Shown here piece after piece: positions 10,155 to 22,346 of a stretch of DNA of 64,000 nucleotides (position 1 is the first letter of the stretch; each line of letters opens with the position of its first letter). Source of the DNA: the human T2T-CHM13v2.0 reference genome, Homo sapiens; the NCBI RefSeq assembly GCF_009914755.1, contig NC_060932.1; one strand, 5' to 3'. A program made the translations under genes and the position numbers. The notes beneath the pieces are model-generated. The model had not been told where the DNA came from, did not search any database, and saw nothing but the letters and a program-made list of their open reading frames with translations.

Positions 10155-12182
10155 CTAAGGACAGGCCAGGGCGGCGGGAGAGGCGGACCGGTGGCGTGGC
10201 TGGATCTGGGCGCGCTGTCGGACCTTCCACATCACCAGCTGCAGGCAGGCGTTTGCGTCCTCGCTGGAGTTGTGGCCGTCCTGGCTGTCCTGGATGATCT
10301 GTGCCAGGTAGTCGGCCGCGAGATTCCTGAGGGAGCGCTTGTAGGGGAAACCCAGGTAGTGCGGGAAGAGCACGGCCGTGTCCACCACGGTGCTGTGGAT
10401 GAGCTTCAGGGCCAGCAGGTCGCTCTCCAGGCTGTGCCCGATGAGGATGGTTTGGGCGCTGAAAAAGCTCAGCAGGATGGCTTGGACTTGGGGCAACGTG
10501 ATGCTCGTCTTGGCGACGTCGGCCTCGGTGACTCCGGAAAACCTGGTGTTGTAGTCCACGATCTCGTTGTCGGGCTTGACGAAGGTGTCGTACACCACTC
10601 GCATGTCGGCGTCCACCACGGTGACGCGGGTCAGCTCTAGGCCATGCGTGGTGTAGCACATCTCACAGTCCAAGGCGTAGATTCCTGGATAAGCGTCTCT
10701 GGACAACTCTTTCTTGAAGGTCTCCACGAAGCCATCGAGGCTCTCCTTGCGGCCGTCCCGCACGTGCTGCTTTGCCACCTGGCAGCCCACAGAGCCAGGA
10801 GCAGCTGCACAGCAGGTGTACTGGCTAACCCGGCCTCCAGCCACCTGGCTCGAGCGGACCCGCCCCCAGTGATAATAACACAACTGGTCGCGTACACAGC
10901 GGCCCGAGGAGGACACCAGGTACTCGGTGCCACAACGGCAGCAGACCCTGCAGGAGGAGTCGCCGGGCCCCTTCCCCTGGCCAGTGAAGAGGACGGCGCC
11001 TCCGGGCCGCTCGGGGTGCGGGAAGGGGTAGCCGTTCTCCTTGAGCTGGTCCTGGGTGAGCAGGAACTCCTGGAGGCGGCTGTACAGGGCGGCCCTGCTG
11101 AGGCCGGGCATGGAGCTGGGGGTCAGGCCCTTCAGTCTCTTGAGGGTGTTCAGGACCACGTTCAGGTACCTGTTCTTGTTGGGGCTGCAGTCGTAGGCCA
11201 CCTTCTCCTCGTTCAGCGCCTTCTCCTCGGCCTCCTGCTTGGAGGCGCAGAACTTGAGACACTCTTCGGTGAACAGTTGGAGATAGCCTCGGCGGAGGAC
11301 GGTGGGGACTTGGCACCCAGAGCTTCGGAGGATAATGGGTTTCTTCAAACTCAAACTCGGTAAGGATGCACGACGGACGATTCGCTTAGAGCTGGTGGTG
11401 GCGGTGGTCTTGCATGCCATCCCTGACCTGTTGCGCGTCTTCCCTGGCTGTCTGCCGACCTTGGAGCCACGGGAGCGTTGGCTGCTGCTGGCCACCCGGG
11501 TTCTCTTGGCATCTGTGTAACCTGTGACCAAGCAAGGGCTGGAAGAGTGGGCGATCGTCTTCCTCTTCCTGGGGGCTGAGATGCGGACTCCCGAGGGCCT
11601 CTCTGTCAGCCTTGGGGCGGCTGGCAAGCGGCAGGCCGATCCCCTCTGCGCAGGGAAGTAGCACGACTCCGTCACCATCTTGGGCCACGCTGGGGGCACC
11701 GCCGGACCCCTGTTCTGGGGCTCCGCCTGGATGTCCACAAATGCTGAGGCCTGCTTGTGCATCTGGGGCACCCAGAGCCCGAAGCTCTGGGCAGGCTGAT
11801 GAGAGGGCAGTGGGAATTCTGGAGCCTCGAGGGCCGCCTCCTCGGCCACCTTCTTAGCTTCTGGGTATCCAGGTGGGAACCAGCAGGGAGCTGTGGCTCG
11901 CAACATCTTGCTGCCTTCGGGAGCACCGGCCGGGCTCTGCTCCGCTCCCAAATGGCGGCTTGCCTCCGGGGCCGCCTCCTTGGCCACCTTCTTAGCTTCT
12001 GGGTATCCAGGGCGGAACCAGCAGGGAGCTGTGGCTCGCAACATCTTGCTGCCTTCGGGAGCACCGGCCTGGCTCTGCTCCCCTCCCAAATGGCGGCTTG
12101 CCTCCAGGGCCGCCTCCTCGGCCACCTTCTTAGCTTCTGGGTATCCAGGGGGGAACCAGCAGGGAGCTGTGGCTCGCAACAT
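10155..12182 (-). CDS. REXO1L1: REXO1-like exonuclease GOR, intronless retrogene (675 aa from first ATG), copy 1; often annotated as a pseudogene
   Basis: Uninterrupted ORF with the first ATG at 12182 (gcAAGATGt); the ORF-track start at 12227 is TTG. C-terminal DEDDh motifs [14 protein letters not shown] and GHNSSEDA; Cys/His-rich CCRCG..CYYHWG region; [12 protein letters not shown] segment of the REXO1 family. Confidence 0.9.
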   Translation of the reverse strand: MLRATAPCWFPPGYPEAKKVAEEAALEASRHLGGEQSQAGAPEGSKMLRATAPCWFRPGYPEAKKVAKEAAPEASRHLGAEQSPAGAPEGSKMLRATAPCWFPPGYPEAKKVAEEAALEAPEFPLPSHQPAQSFGLWVPQMHKQASAFVDIQAEPQNRGPAVPPAWPKMVTESCYFPAQRGSACRLPAAPRLTERPSGVRISAPRKRKTIAHSSSPCLVTGYTDAKRTRVASSSQRSRGSKVGRQPGKTRNRSGMACKTTATTSSKRIVRRASLPSLSLKKPIILRSSGCQVPTVLRRGYLQLFTEECLKFCASKQEAEEKALNEEKVAYDCSPNKNRYLNVVLNTLKRLKGLTPSSMPGLSRAALYSRLQEFLLTQDQLKENGYPFPHPERPGGAVLFTGQGKGPGDSSCRVCCRCGTEYLVSSSGRCVRDQLCYYHWGRVRSSQVAGGRVSQYTCCAAAPGSVGCQVAKQHVRDGRKESLDGFVETFKKELSRDAYPGIYALDCEMCYTTHGLELTRVTVVDADMRVVYDTFVKPDNEIVDYNTRFSGVTEADVAKTSITLPQVQAILLSFFSAQTILIGHSLESDLLALKLIHSTVVDTAVLFPHYLGFPYKRSLRNLAADYLAQIIQDSQDGHNSSEDANACLQLVMWKVRQRAQIQPRHRSASPAALACP

Positions 12183-12238
12183 CTTGCTGCCTTCGGGAGC
12201 ACCGGCCTGGCTCTGCTCCTCTCCCAACTGGCGGCTTC
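11825..12238. repeat. 3 x 138-bp (46-aa) tandem repeat at the 5' end of the ORF (all copies)
   Basis: gccaccttcttagcttctgggtatccag at 11845, 11983 and 12121. [25 protein letters not shown] occurs three times. Confidence 0.95.
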
Positions 12239-12240
12239 AA

Positions 12241-12520
12241 TGAGTGCTGCGGCCGCCACTTGTCGCCTTTATATAGGCACAGGGCAGACTGGGTGGGACT
12301 TCTCCTTGATAGGTTGGTGCTTCAGTCCAATCACACTGAGCCTCATCTTCCACCAGACTCCAGCTTGGGAATGCCTCGGGGGGTGCGCTAATGGAATCAA
12401 CTGGAACTCCCGGTTGCTAAACTTGGAGCTAGGTTGCTTTTCCTGAGTTAAGTAACTGTCCCTGCAGGGCAGTCCTATAATGGCTACTGGAATTGGGCTA
12501 CCTAGGATTAAATTAAGGTT
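12241..12520 (-). promoter_or_regulatory. Putative promoter of copy 1 (TATA, Inr-like, GT box, CCAAT, DUX-type site)
   Basis: TATATAAAG at 12275-12267, CTCATT near 12241, GGGTGGG at 12291, CCAAT at 12327, TAATGGAATCA at 12389-12399, GGATTAAATTA at 12505-12515. Confidence 0.62.
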
Positions 12521-12720
12521 CAGGGAGGTTGGTCAACTTGCTTGGGCCCACACAGCACCCCTTGGAGCCAGGACTGGGCCAGCAGTCTGCTGCATGCTGG
12601 AGGGCGGGATCCCTCTGGGGCTGCCTTTCCCTGCTCTGTGCACTCCGCCGCTGCGGGCAAATTGAGGACAGGAAGCGGACCGCACCCACTTCTCTCCCAG
12701 GACTTGGGCAATGTTCAACA

Positions 12721-13605
12721 CAGGTGGTCTTCCAAAGGTTCATAGAAAATGCACATGGTGAAGAAACTATGCATGGATTTCCACTGGTGTGCACTAAAAT
12801 AAACTTGTCCTAACTTCTGATAACCTTTCTGAACTAGATCTAGTTTGAGGCACTAAGAAGGATGAGACATCCACTGAAAAGGACTCCCATCAGAGCAACA
12901 TGAATTCCACGAAAACTGCAGCAAGAGGAAACATCAAATTTATGGTGAAGCTTGGGTGGAAGATTGAAGAAATCATTGACGTTTTAAGAAAAGCTTGTAA
13001 GGACACTACCCCAAAGAAATGAACTCTTTACGAATGTATAGCTTGTTTCAAGAAGAGGTGAGAAGATGTGGAAGATGAATCCTGCAGTGGCTGTGAAAAC
13101 CACTGTGCCCAGATGAGCTGCAGTTACGACGAGAGCTATCAGTGGAAATTTTAAACAGGAGGGATCACGATCCTGACTCATCCCTCTGACAAATTGTAAG
13201 CGGCAGTTGGAACATGGCTTCACCAATATGATCGCCAAGGCAAAGCATCATGAAAGCGATGGCTACCAAGAGGTGGCAGTGGTCCAGTCAAAGGAAAAGG
13301 AGGCCAGTCAGGAGCCCACATCATGGCATCAGTGTTTTGGGACACTCAAGGCATTTTGCTTGTTGACTTTCTGAAAGGCCAAACATCTGCTTATTAGGAG
13401 AGTGTTCTGAGAAGCTTAGATAAAGCTTTGGTAGAAACATGCTGGGAAAGTCTCACTAGATCCTTGTTCACCACATCAATGCTCTGCTCATTCCTCTCAT
13501 CAAACAAGGGCAATTTTGTCAGTTTCAATGGGCAGTCCTTAGGAATTCACCTTACGGGCTGCTTTCATTCCTTCTAAATTCTTTTTGTTTCCTAATGATA
13601 AAAAG
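12721..13605 (+). mobile_element. Hsmar2 relic, unit 2
   Basis: Copy of 531-1415 at offset 12190. Confidence 0.88.
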
Positions 13606-14090
13606 TCTCCTTGCCTTGCTTGGAAAGATGAGAGAAAGTCTCCTTGCCTTGTTTGGACAGATGAGAGATGAGATCCTCCTCTTCTCTCCCAGGACAGAAT
13701 GGTGAGACTTGAGTTTCCTTTCTCCTCACTCTTCTCCTCCTTGAGGGAGCTGCTGTGCCGGACAGACCTGCCCCCGTGTCTAGACACTGGTAGACTCGTT
13801 TAAGTTCCTCACAGGCAATCCTCCATGGGGTCAAAGTGGAAGGACTTATTTCTTCAGGGCTCAGTAGTCCACATCCTGGCGCGCACCTTCACCAGCCCAG
13901 GGCGGGGTAGAGGAGGGTGAAAGGGCGTGGCTCAGAGCCCGCTTCTTCCGCTCGGGCGTATCCTGGGAGGAACCCTTGTCCGGTGAGCATGTCTTCGTCT
14001 CTACCAAATTCCCTAGTGGGACATTTCTGGCAGCCCTACTTGTTCAGCAGCTTACGGGGGTCAGGTGGACCTCTGCTAGTCACCAGCCTG
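13602..14090 (-). pseudogene. Decayed upstream REXO1 retrocopy fragment, unit 2
   Basis: KEEKSEEKGNSSLTIL and ISHLSKQGKE translations, as in unit 1. Confidence 0.75.
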
Positions 14091-16047
14091 AAGCCCTTTC
14101 TCCATTTCAGCTATTTTGGCAGTTGCCTAGGTGACTTTTGAACCTCATTATCCAGAACAGCAAACGGACGAGGGGTGAGAAGAGTGGCCGTCTGGGTTTG
14201 CAGCATAGTGCTGCCTTCTAGGAGTTGTGCAGTCTTCGATTGTGTGAAACTTCACCTGGCTGATTTGTGGCAATGCCTCCACAAATTCGCTAAATTCAGT
14301 AGCTTTTGCCTTCCAAGATTCATTTACACAATGTTGAATGCTTTAAAGGAATGAGCATGAAGAGTGCTGGGCTGGAAAGTGATGAGATGGGTGGTAGGGA
14401 CTCCTCGGAGTAGAGGAGTAGAGTTTTACTATTATGACTAGGAGGCAAATAAAAAGAAGCTGAACGTGATCCATAATAAAAGAAGCACACACTCACAGAG
14501 CTCCATACCAACTACATTAAAATGGAAATCATGATATTTGGAAATACAACTTAATTGGAAATCATTAAGTAATCTCATCAACCTTTTTACAGTGGGTGGC
14601 AGGGCTATGGAGGGAAAACAGCAATGGTTCTGGCACCTACTTAACTTGATTCCATTAAATTCACCCAACAGGCCTCCAGAGAACATATTACTGCTTTGAT
14701 ATTACAAAGGGAAAAACAGCTATGGCGTCTCTGAAAAGCACAACGTGCTAGGACTGGAATGACTTTAAAACCACACATAAATTTCTGAGAGATTTTTGCC
14801 ATAAGGTACCATCCACCTTACTGTAAACCACATCCTAAAATTGTCTGCAGTGCAAATGGATTATGTGCATCCAACAGGAAACAGCATAGGTTGAGAAGCT
14901 GTTACTTAATAGCTTCATTGTCACCACGAGTGTAAAATGTGGGGTCTCATCACTTTTGCACCCACGTTTTGCCTGTTGGTTTCTCCACACTGTCAGGAGC
15001 ATTTGACCAACTCACTGTGGCTCAGGGTCCCTTACGCAGCCTGTTGGGGAAACCAGTGGGTATTGAAGACCTGCCTCTGGTGTGCCAGGAGGTTGTGCCT
15101 GCCGGCCACTCTGACTTGCGATCTTCCGCCTCAGTGTATGGCTTCCTACACCTGGATAATTAACATTGCCAGCATGATAAGGAGGTCCTTTCATCACTAT
15201 TGCCACTAGTCCTTCCGACTCCTGTGCCCTGTTTCTCCTTTATTGGAACCCAAGAACGAGTAAACATAGCATTTTCAAACATCCCGCCCCCTTCCCTGGT
15301 AACACCAATATTCCACCATCCTAATTCCCTCACAAGCATTCAGTCTCTCCACCCTGAGGTGGTGAAATCCCTGCAGGCATTTATAAGTATACCTGGACAG
15401 AAGAAATACAAGATACCGTTCTATTAACTCAATATAGTGTTGCTAAGTTCGTACTTTTGTTTGGTTTATTTTATTTTATAAATAGGTATCACTCGCATGG
15501 TTCCAAATGCGATAGGCACAGAGAGTATATATGATGGAATTACATCCTCCTTCCCTGCACTCAGCAACCGAGATCTTCCCGCTACGGGCACTCAAAGGTT
15601 TCATTGTCTGAAATATCAGCCTAAACGTAGTTTATGTTTAGGAAGCAACAACCGTAAATAGGCCCACATCCAAACGGAGTGGATTTAGGTTTCACTTTTT
15701 CAAGGAAAAACCATCAAAGAATTTTTCCACATACTTGTAAACCATCCCACGTATAGAATCCATTTTTACTGACACAAATTTAGTACCAATAAACGACTCT
15801 TCTTCTCAATTTGTTTTATTTAACAATAAGTCTTGAACGTCATTCCCAGTTAACATTTTGAAGAGTTTCCTCTCTTTCGTTCTGTTTTAGCTGCAAAGTA
15901 TTCTTCCGTAAGGATGAACGTACTATAATTTATTAGCCAGCCACTTAGTGATGTACAATTAAGCAGTTTTAAATCTTTGACTCTTGGAAATATTGTTTCT
16001 CACACATAAATATTTCTATAAAATAAATTAGTTGAATTAGAATTGTT

Positions 16048-16260
16048 GGAGTTCAAGACCAGCCTGGCCAACATGGTGAAACCCCATCTCTACTAGAAAC
16101 ACAAAATTAGCCGGACATGCCGGTACATGCCTCTAATCTCAGGTGAGGCAGGAGAATCACTTCAACCTGGGAGGCAGAGGTTGTAGTGACTCGAAATCAC
16201 GCCACTGCACTCCAGCCTGGGCGACGCGAGCGAAACTCTGTCTCAAAAAACCAAAAAAAA
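16048..16260 (+). mobile_element. 5'-truncated Alu, unit 2
   Basis: Copy of 3858-4070. Confidence 0.92.
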
Positions 16261-16388
16261 TTAAACGTAAAAAGAAAAGCGGTACATATACCCAATAGAA
16301 CACAATTCAGCCTTAAAAAAGAAAGAAATCATCTCATTGGCAACACGAATGAGCCTAGAGGATGGTACACTGAGTGAAAGAAAGCAAA

Positions 16389-16687
16389 GGCCAGGCACGG
16401 TGGCTCATGCCTGTAATCCCAGTACTTTGGGAGGCCAAGGCAGGTGGAAGCATTGAACCCAGGAGTTGGAGATGAACCTGGGCAACATGGTGAAACCCCA
16501 TCTCTAAAAGAAACACAAAAATTAGCCAAGTGTGGCGTTGGACGCCTGTAGTCCTAGCTATTCAGGAGGCTGAAGCGGGAGGAACTCTCGACCCCGGGAG
16601 GTGGAGGCCGTGGTGAGTGAGCCGTGTTTGTGTCACTGTACTCCAGCCTGGGTGACAGACTGAGACCCTGTCTCAAAAAATAAATAA
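16389..16687 (+). mobile_element. AluJ-like element within L1MA, unit 2
   Basis: Copy of 4199-4496. Confidence 0.92.
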
Positions 16688-18108
16688 TTACATAATAAAG
16701 ATTTAAAAAGCAAGCACAAAAAGACAAATACTGCATGATCTCACTTATATGTGCAATCTCAAACAATGCAACTCATAGCTGTAGAGAGCAGAACGGTGGT
16801 TACCCGAGGCAGGGGTCAGGGAGGGACTGGAGAGATGATAGTCTCATGATACAAAATTTCAGAGAGGAATGGTTCTAGAGATCTATTGAACAGCCTGGCA
16901 TCTACAGTGTATAAGTATGTATTGTATACTTGAAAATTGCTATAAGAGTAGATTTTAGACATGTCCTCATCACATTAAAATCAGTATGTGAGGAAACGAG
17001 TGTGTTAATTAGCTTGATTTTGTCATTCCACAATGTATACACGTATGAAACATCATGTTGTATGCCATAAATATATATAATTTTTATTTGTCAAGTTAAA
17101 ATTAAAATTCATATAAATTATAAAAATAAAATGAAATAACATACACTACAAAAGACGTTTATTTATTAAATCCCCACAGAAGGGGTCTAAGTGATAAAGG
17201 AAAATAAAATTCCGGGAACGGTAAAATCAATCAGAAATGCCCTACTTCAGTGCTTTCCGAAATTTGTCTGACAGAGTGGAAATCCAGTTTTTCACTAAGT
17301 CACTGTTCTGGAACAGTTTGTGTGTGTGTATGTATGTGTGTGAGGGCTCACATACACAAATTGAACTAATGGAAGTGTAAGCATTCAAATTATCAGTTTA
17401 ATTTAGTTCTATACATATACACACACACACACTCACACACCGAAAACATTGATAAAATCAGCCATTCCAGCAAAACTAGCTACTTAGTGTCTATCTCTCC
17501 TTGAAGATTCAAACTAGAAATGAGGATTTAGAGAGGCATGATGGTTCGTTCTCTCTTGGAGCCCAGTTCGAAGTTGACTGACTGATTCAGTCATTGTAAT
17601 TGGTTGGTCTTGGGGAAGAATCCACTTTGACTCTTGGGAAGTCAGCTAGGTCAGCGGACAGAGCAGGGGCTCTGGAGCCAGACTGCCTGCACCCGACTTC
17701 TAGCTATGATACCTTGGATAAACTACTTATCACCTGGGCTTCAGGTTCCTCATCTGTAAAATGGGGATAAGAATGCTATCTCTCTCACAACTATTAGGAG
17801 GACTGACTGGGTTAATACGTGCAAAGTACCAAGTACATAAGAAACCAACAGCCAGTGCTCATTACAATCATTATTATTTTGGGCAAGTTAAGCCGCATGG
17901 TTTCTTTAGGTATAAAATTAGGCTTTATTTACCTACCTGTTGGGTTGTTCCAAGGATTAATCACATAGTGTTCATGAATTCCCTTTATAAACTATTATAC
18001 AAAAGAAATATAGTTAACATTAATTGAACACCTACTATGTGCGATCGTTTTAAGGCTTGCCATGTGCTGCTTCATTCAGTCCGCACCATGACATTAGGAT
18101 CACACTTT

Positions 18109-21100
18109 CGTTTTCCATTTTTTTTTAAATTATACTTTAATTACTAGGGTACATGTGCACAACGTGCAGGTTTATTACGTATGTAAGCACGTGCCATGTT
18201 GGTGTGCTGCACCCATTCACTAGTCATTTACATTAGGTATATCTCTTAATGTTATCCCTCCCCCTCCCCCCGCCCATGACAGGCCCCGGTGTGTGATGTT
18301 CCCCTTTCTGCGTCCAAGTGTTCTCCTAGTTCAATTCCCACCTATGAGTGGGATCACGCGGTGTTTGGTTTTTTTGTCCTTGCGATAGTTTGCTAAGAAT
18401 GATGGTTTCCAGCTTCATCCGTGTCCCTCCGAAGGGCATGAACACATGCTTTTTTATGGCTGCATAGTATTCCACGGTGTATTTGTGCCACGTTTCCTTA
18501 ATCCAGTCTATCATTGATGGACATCTGGGCTGGTTCCAAGTCTTTGCTACTGTGAACGGTGCCGCAATAAACATACGTCTGCGTGTGTCCTTTTAGCAGC
18601 ATGATTTATAGTCCTATGGGTGTATACCCAGTAATGGGACGGCTGGGTCAAATGGTATTTCTAATTCTAGATCCTTGAGGATTCGCCACACTATCTTCCA
18701 CAACCGCTGAACTGGTTTACAGTCCCACCAGCAGTGTAAAAGTGTCCCTATTTCTCCACTACCTCTCCAGCACCTGTTGTTTCCTGACTTTTTTATTGAT
18801 CGCTATTGTAACTGGTGTGAGACGATATCTCTTTGCGGATTTGATTTGCATTTCTCTGATGACCAGTGTTGATGAGCATTTTTTCATGTGTCTGTTGGCT
18901 GCATAAATGTCTTCTTTTTAGAAGTGTCTCTTCATATCCTTCCCGCACTTGTTGATGGGGTTGTTTGGTTTTTCTTGTAACTCTGTTTGAGTTCTTAGTA
19001 GATTCTGGATATTAGCCCTTTGTCAGATGAGTAGATTGCAAAAATTTTCTCCCTTTCTGTAGCATGCCTGTTCACTCTGATGGGAGTTTCTTTAGCTGTG
19101 CAGAAACTCTTTAGTGTAATTAGATGCCGTTTGTCAATATTGGCTTTTGTTGCCTTTGCTTTTGGCGTTTTAGACATGAGGTCCTTGCCCATGCCTATGT
19201 CCTGAATGGTATTGCCTAGGTTTTCTCCTAGGGTTTGTATGGCTTAAGATGTAACATTTAAGTCTTTCATCCGTCTTGAATAAACTTTTGTATAAGGTGT
19301 AAGGAAGGGATCCAATTTCACCTTCGGACATATGGCTAGCCAGTTTTCCCAGCACCATTTATTAAATAGGGAATCCTTTCCCCATTTCTTGTTTTTGTCA
19401 GGTTTGTCAAAGATCCGACGGTTGTAGATGTGTCGTATTATTTCTGAGGGCTCTATTCTGTTCCATTGGTCTACAGTAACCAAAAAAAGGCAACCAACAG
19501 CATGCTGTTTGGTTACTGTAGGCTTGTAGTGTAGTTTGAAGTCGGGTAGCTTGATGCCTCCACCTTTGTTCTTTTGGCTTAGGATTATCTTGGCAGTGGG
19601 GGCCCTTTTGTGGTTCCATGTAAACTTTCAAGTAGTTTTTTCCAATTCTGTGAAGAAAGTCCTTGGTAGCTTGATGGGGATGGCATTGGATCTATAATAT
19701 ACCTTGGGCAGTATGGCCATTTTCACGATACTGATTCTTCCTAACCGTGAGCATGGAATATTCTTCCATTGGTTTGTGTCCTCTTTTATTTCGTGGAGCA
19801 GTGATTTGTAGTTCTCCTTGAAGAGGTCCTTCGCACATCGCATCCCTTGTTAGTTGGATTCCTCAGAATTTTATTCTCTTTGAAGCAATTGTGAATGGGA
19901 GCTCAGTCATGATTTGGCTCTCTGTTTGCCTGTTATTGGTGTATGAGAATGCTTGTGTGTTTTGCACATCGATTTTGTATCCTGAGACTTTGCTGAAGTT
20001 GCTTATCAGCTTAAGGAGATTTTGGGCTGAGACGATGGGTTTTTCTAAATATTCAATCATGTCATCTACAAACAGGGACAATTTGACTTCCTCTTTTCCT
20101 AATTGATTACTCTTTATTTCTTTCTCCTGCCTGATTGCCCTGGCCAGAAGTTCCAACACTATGTTGAATAGGAGTGGTGAGAGAGGGCACCCCTGTCTTG
20201 TGGCAGTTTGCAAAGGGAATGCTTCCACTTTTTGCCCATTCAGTATGATATTGGCTGTGGGTTTGCCCTAAATAGCCCTTATTATTTTGAGGTATGTCCC
20301 ATCAGTACCTAATTTATTGAGAGTTTTTGGCATGAAAGGCTGTTGAATTTTGTCAAAGGCCTTTTCTGCATCTGTTGAGATAATCACGCGGTTTCTGTCT
20401 TTGGTTCCGATTATATGCTGGATTATGTTTATTGATTTGCATATGTTGGACCAGCCTTGCATGTCAGGGATGAAGCCCACTTGATCATAATGGATAAGCT
20501 CTTTGATGTGCTGCTGGATTCGGTTTGCCAGCATTTTATGGAGGATTTTTCCATCGGTGTTCCTCAGGGATATGGGCCGAAAATTCTCTTTGTTGGTTGT
20601 GTCTCTCTCAGCCTTTGGGATCAGGATGATGCTGGCCTCATAAAATGAGATAGGGAGGATTCCCTCTTTTTCTGTTGATTGGAATAGTTTCCGAAGGAAT
20701 GGTACCAGCTCCTCCTTGTACTTCTGGTAGAATTCGGCTGTGAATCCGTCTGGTCCTGGAGTTTTATTGCTTGATAGGCTATTAATTATTGCCTCAATTT
20801 CAGAGCCTGTTATTGGTCTATTCAGGCATTCAACTTCTTCCTGGTTTACTCTGGGGAGGTTGCATGTGTCCAGGAATTTATTCATTTCTTCTAGATTTCC
20901 GAGTTTGTTTGCCTAGAGGTGTTGACAGTATTCTCTCATGGTAGTTTGTACTTCTGTGGGATCAGTGGTGATATCCCCTTTATCATTTTTTATTGCATCT
21001 GCTTGATTCTTCTTCCTTTCATTCTTTAATAGTCTTGCTAGTGGTCTATCAATTTTGTTGATGGTTTCAAAAAACCCGCTCCTGGATTCATTGATTTTTT

Positions 21101-21782
21101 GAAGGGTTTTTTGGGTCTCTATCTCCTTCAGTTCTGCTCGGATCTTAGTTATTTCTTGCCTTCTGCTAGCTTTTGAATGTGTTTGCTCTTGCTTCTCTCA
21201 TCCTTTTAATGGTGATGTTAGGGTATGCATTTTTGATCTTTCCTGCTTTCCCTTGTGGGCGTTTAGTGCTATAAATTTCCCTCTACACACTGCTTAAAAT
21301 GTGTCCCAGAGATTCTGGTATGTTGTGTCTTTGTTCTCATTGCTTTCAGAGAATATCTTTATTTCTGCCTTCATTTCGTTATGTACCCAGTACTCATTCA
21401 GGAACAGCTTGTCCGGTTTCCATGCAGTTGTGCGGTTTTGAGTGAGTTTCTCAATGCTGAGGTCTAGTGTGATTGCAATGTGGTCTGAGAGACCGTTTGT
21501 AATAATTTCTGTTATTTTACTTTTACTGAGGAGTGCTTTACTTCCAACTATGTGGTCAATGTGGAAATAAGTGTGATGTGGTGCTGAGAAGAATGTATAT
21601 TCTGTTGATTTGGGGTGGAGCGTTCTGTAGATGTCTCCTAGGTCCGCTTGGTGCAGAGCTGAGCTCAATTCCCGGATATCCTTTTTTAACTTTCTGTCTC
21701 GTTGGTGTGTCTAATGTTGACAGTGGGGTGTTAAGTTTGCCATTATTATTATTATTACTATGTGGGAGTCTAAGTCTCTTTT
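18109..21782 (-). mobile_element. 5'-truncated L1PA, unit 2
   Basis: ORF2 fragments in the ORF track (18326-21668) and the same gatcacacttt TSD. Confidence 0.96.
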
Positions 21783-22346
21783 GATCACACTTTAAAGACC
21801 AAAAGGTAGAAGCGCAAAGACGTTATCTGTCCAATATTACAAACCTAGTAAGTGGTGGAATTTGGCCTTGAACCCAGATCTGTAACTCCAGAGCCGAAGT
21901 GCTTCACCCACCTCCCTGTGGTGCCTCTACAGAAAAAGAGGTAAGCAGACATTCCGAAAGCTGGTGGGCCGGGGGGCTGGCCTTGTACTCAGAAGCCATG
22001 GAAGTCCCACGTGGGGTGGCTAGTGGTGTAAGGACAGAGGTCTCGGATGGGCAGAGGGATGTGGACAGGCGCGAGGGCGCGCGGCAGGGACTCGGGGGAC
22101 TGGGAGTGGCGGCTCGGGGCTGCGGGAGGCGATTGGTGGAAGGACAGAGGTCTGGGAGGGGCAGAGGGATGTGGACAGGCCCGAGGGGCCGCGGCAGGGA
22201 TTCCGGGGGACCGGGAGTGGGGGGTTGGGGTTACTCTTGGCTTTTTGCCCTCTCCTGCCGCCGGCTGCTCCAGTTTCTTTCGCTTTGCGGCGAGGTGGGC
22301 AGGGTGAGCTCTCGGGACTGATGGCGGTTTTGGAAGAGGCCTGGGG

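Larger units (their letters stand above)
9840..12260. other. CpG island spanning the retrogene (repeated in every unit)
   Basis: Visibly high GC and CpG density compared with the AT-rich spacer. Not computed. Confidence 0.8.

Noticed and set aside
12183-12227. 690-aa version of the ORF starting at 12227
   Set aside because: That start is TTG and lies only about 15 nt from the predicted TSS. The first ATG, with A at -3, is at 12182.
11825-12238. CRISPR-like array
   Set aside because: The repeats are contiguous with no unique spacers, there are no cas genes, and the context is primate.
9707-12446. Long overlapping or antisense ORFs (140, 149, 206, 239, 163, 195 and 229 aa)
   Set aside because: Expected shadows of a GC-rich coding region and the 138-bp repeat; no recognisable domains.
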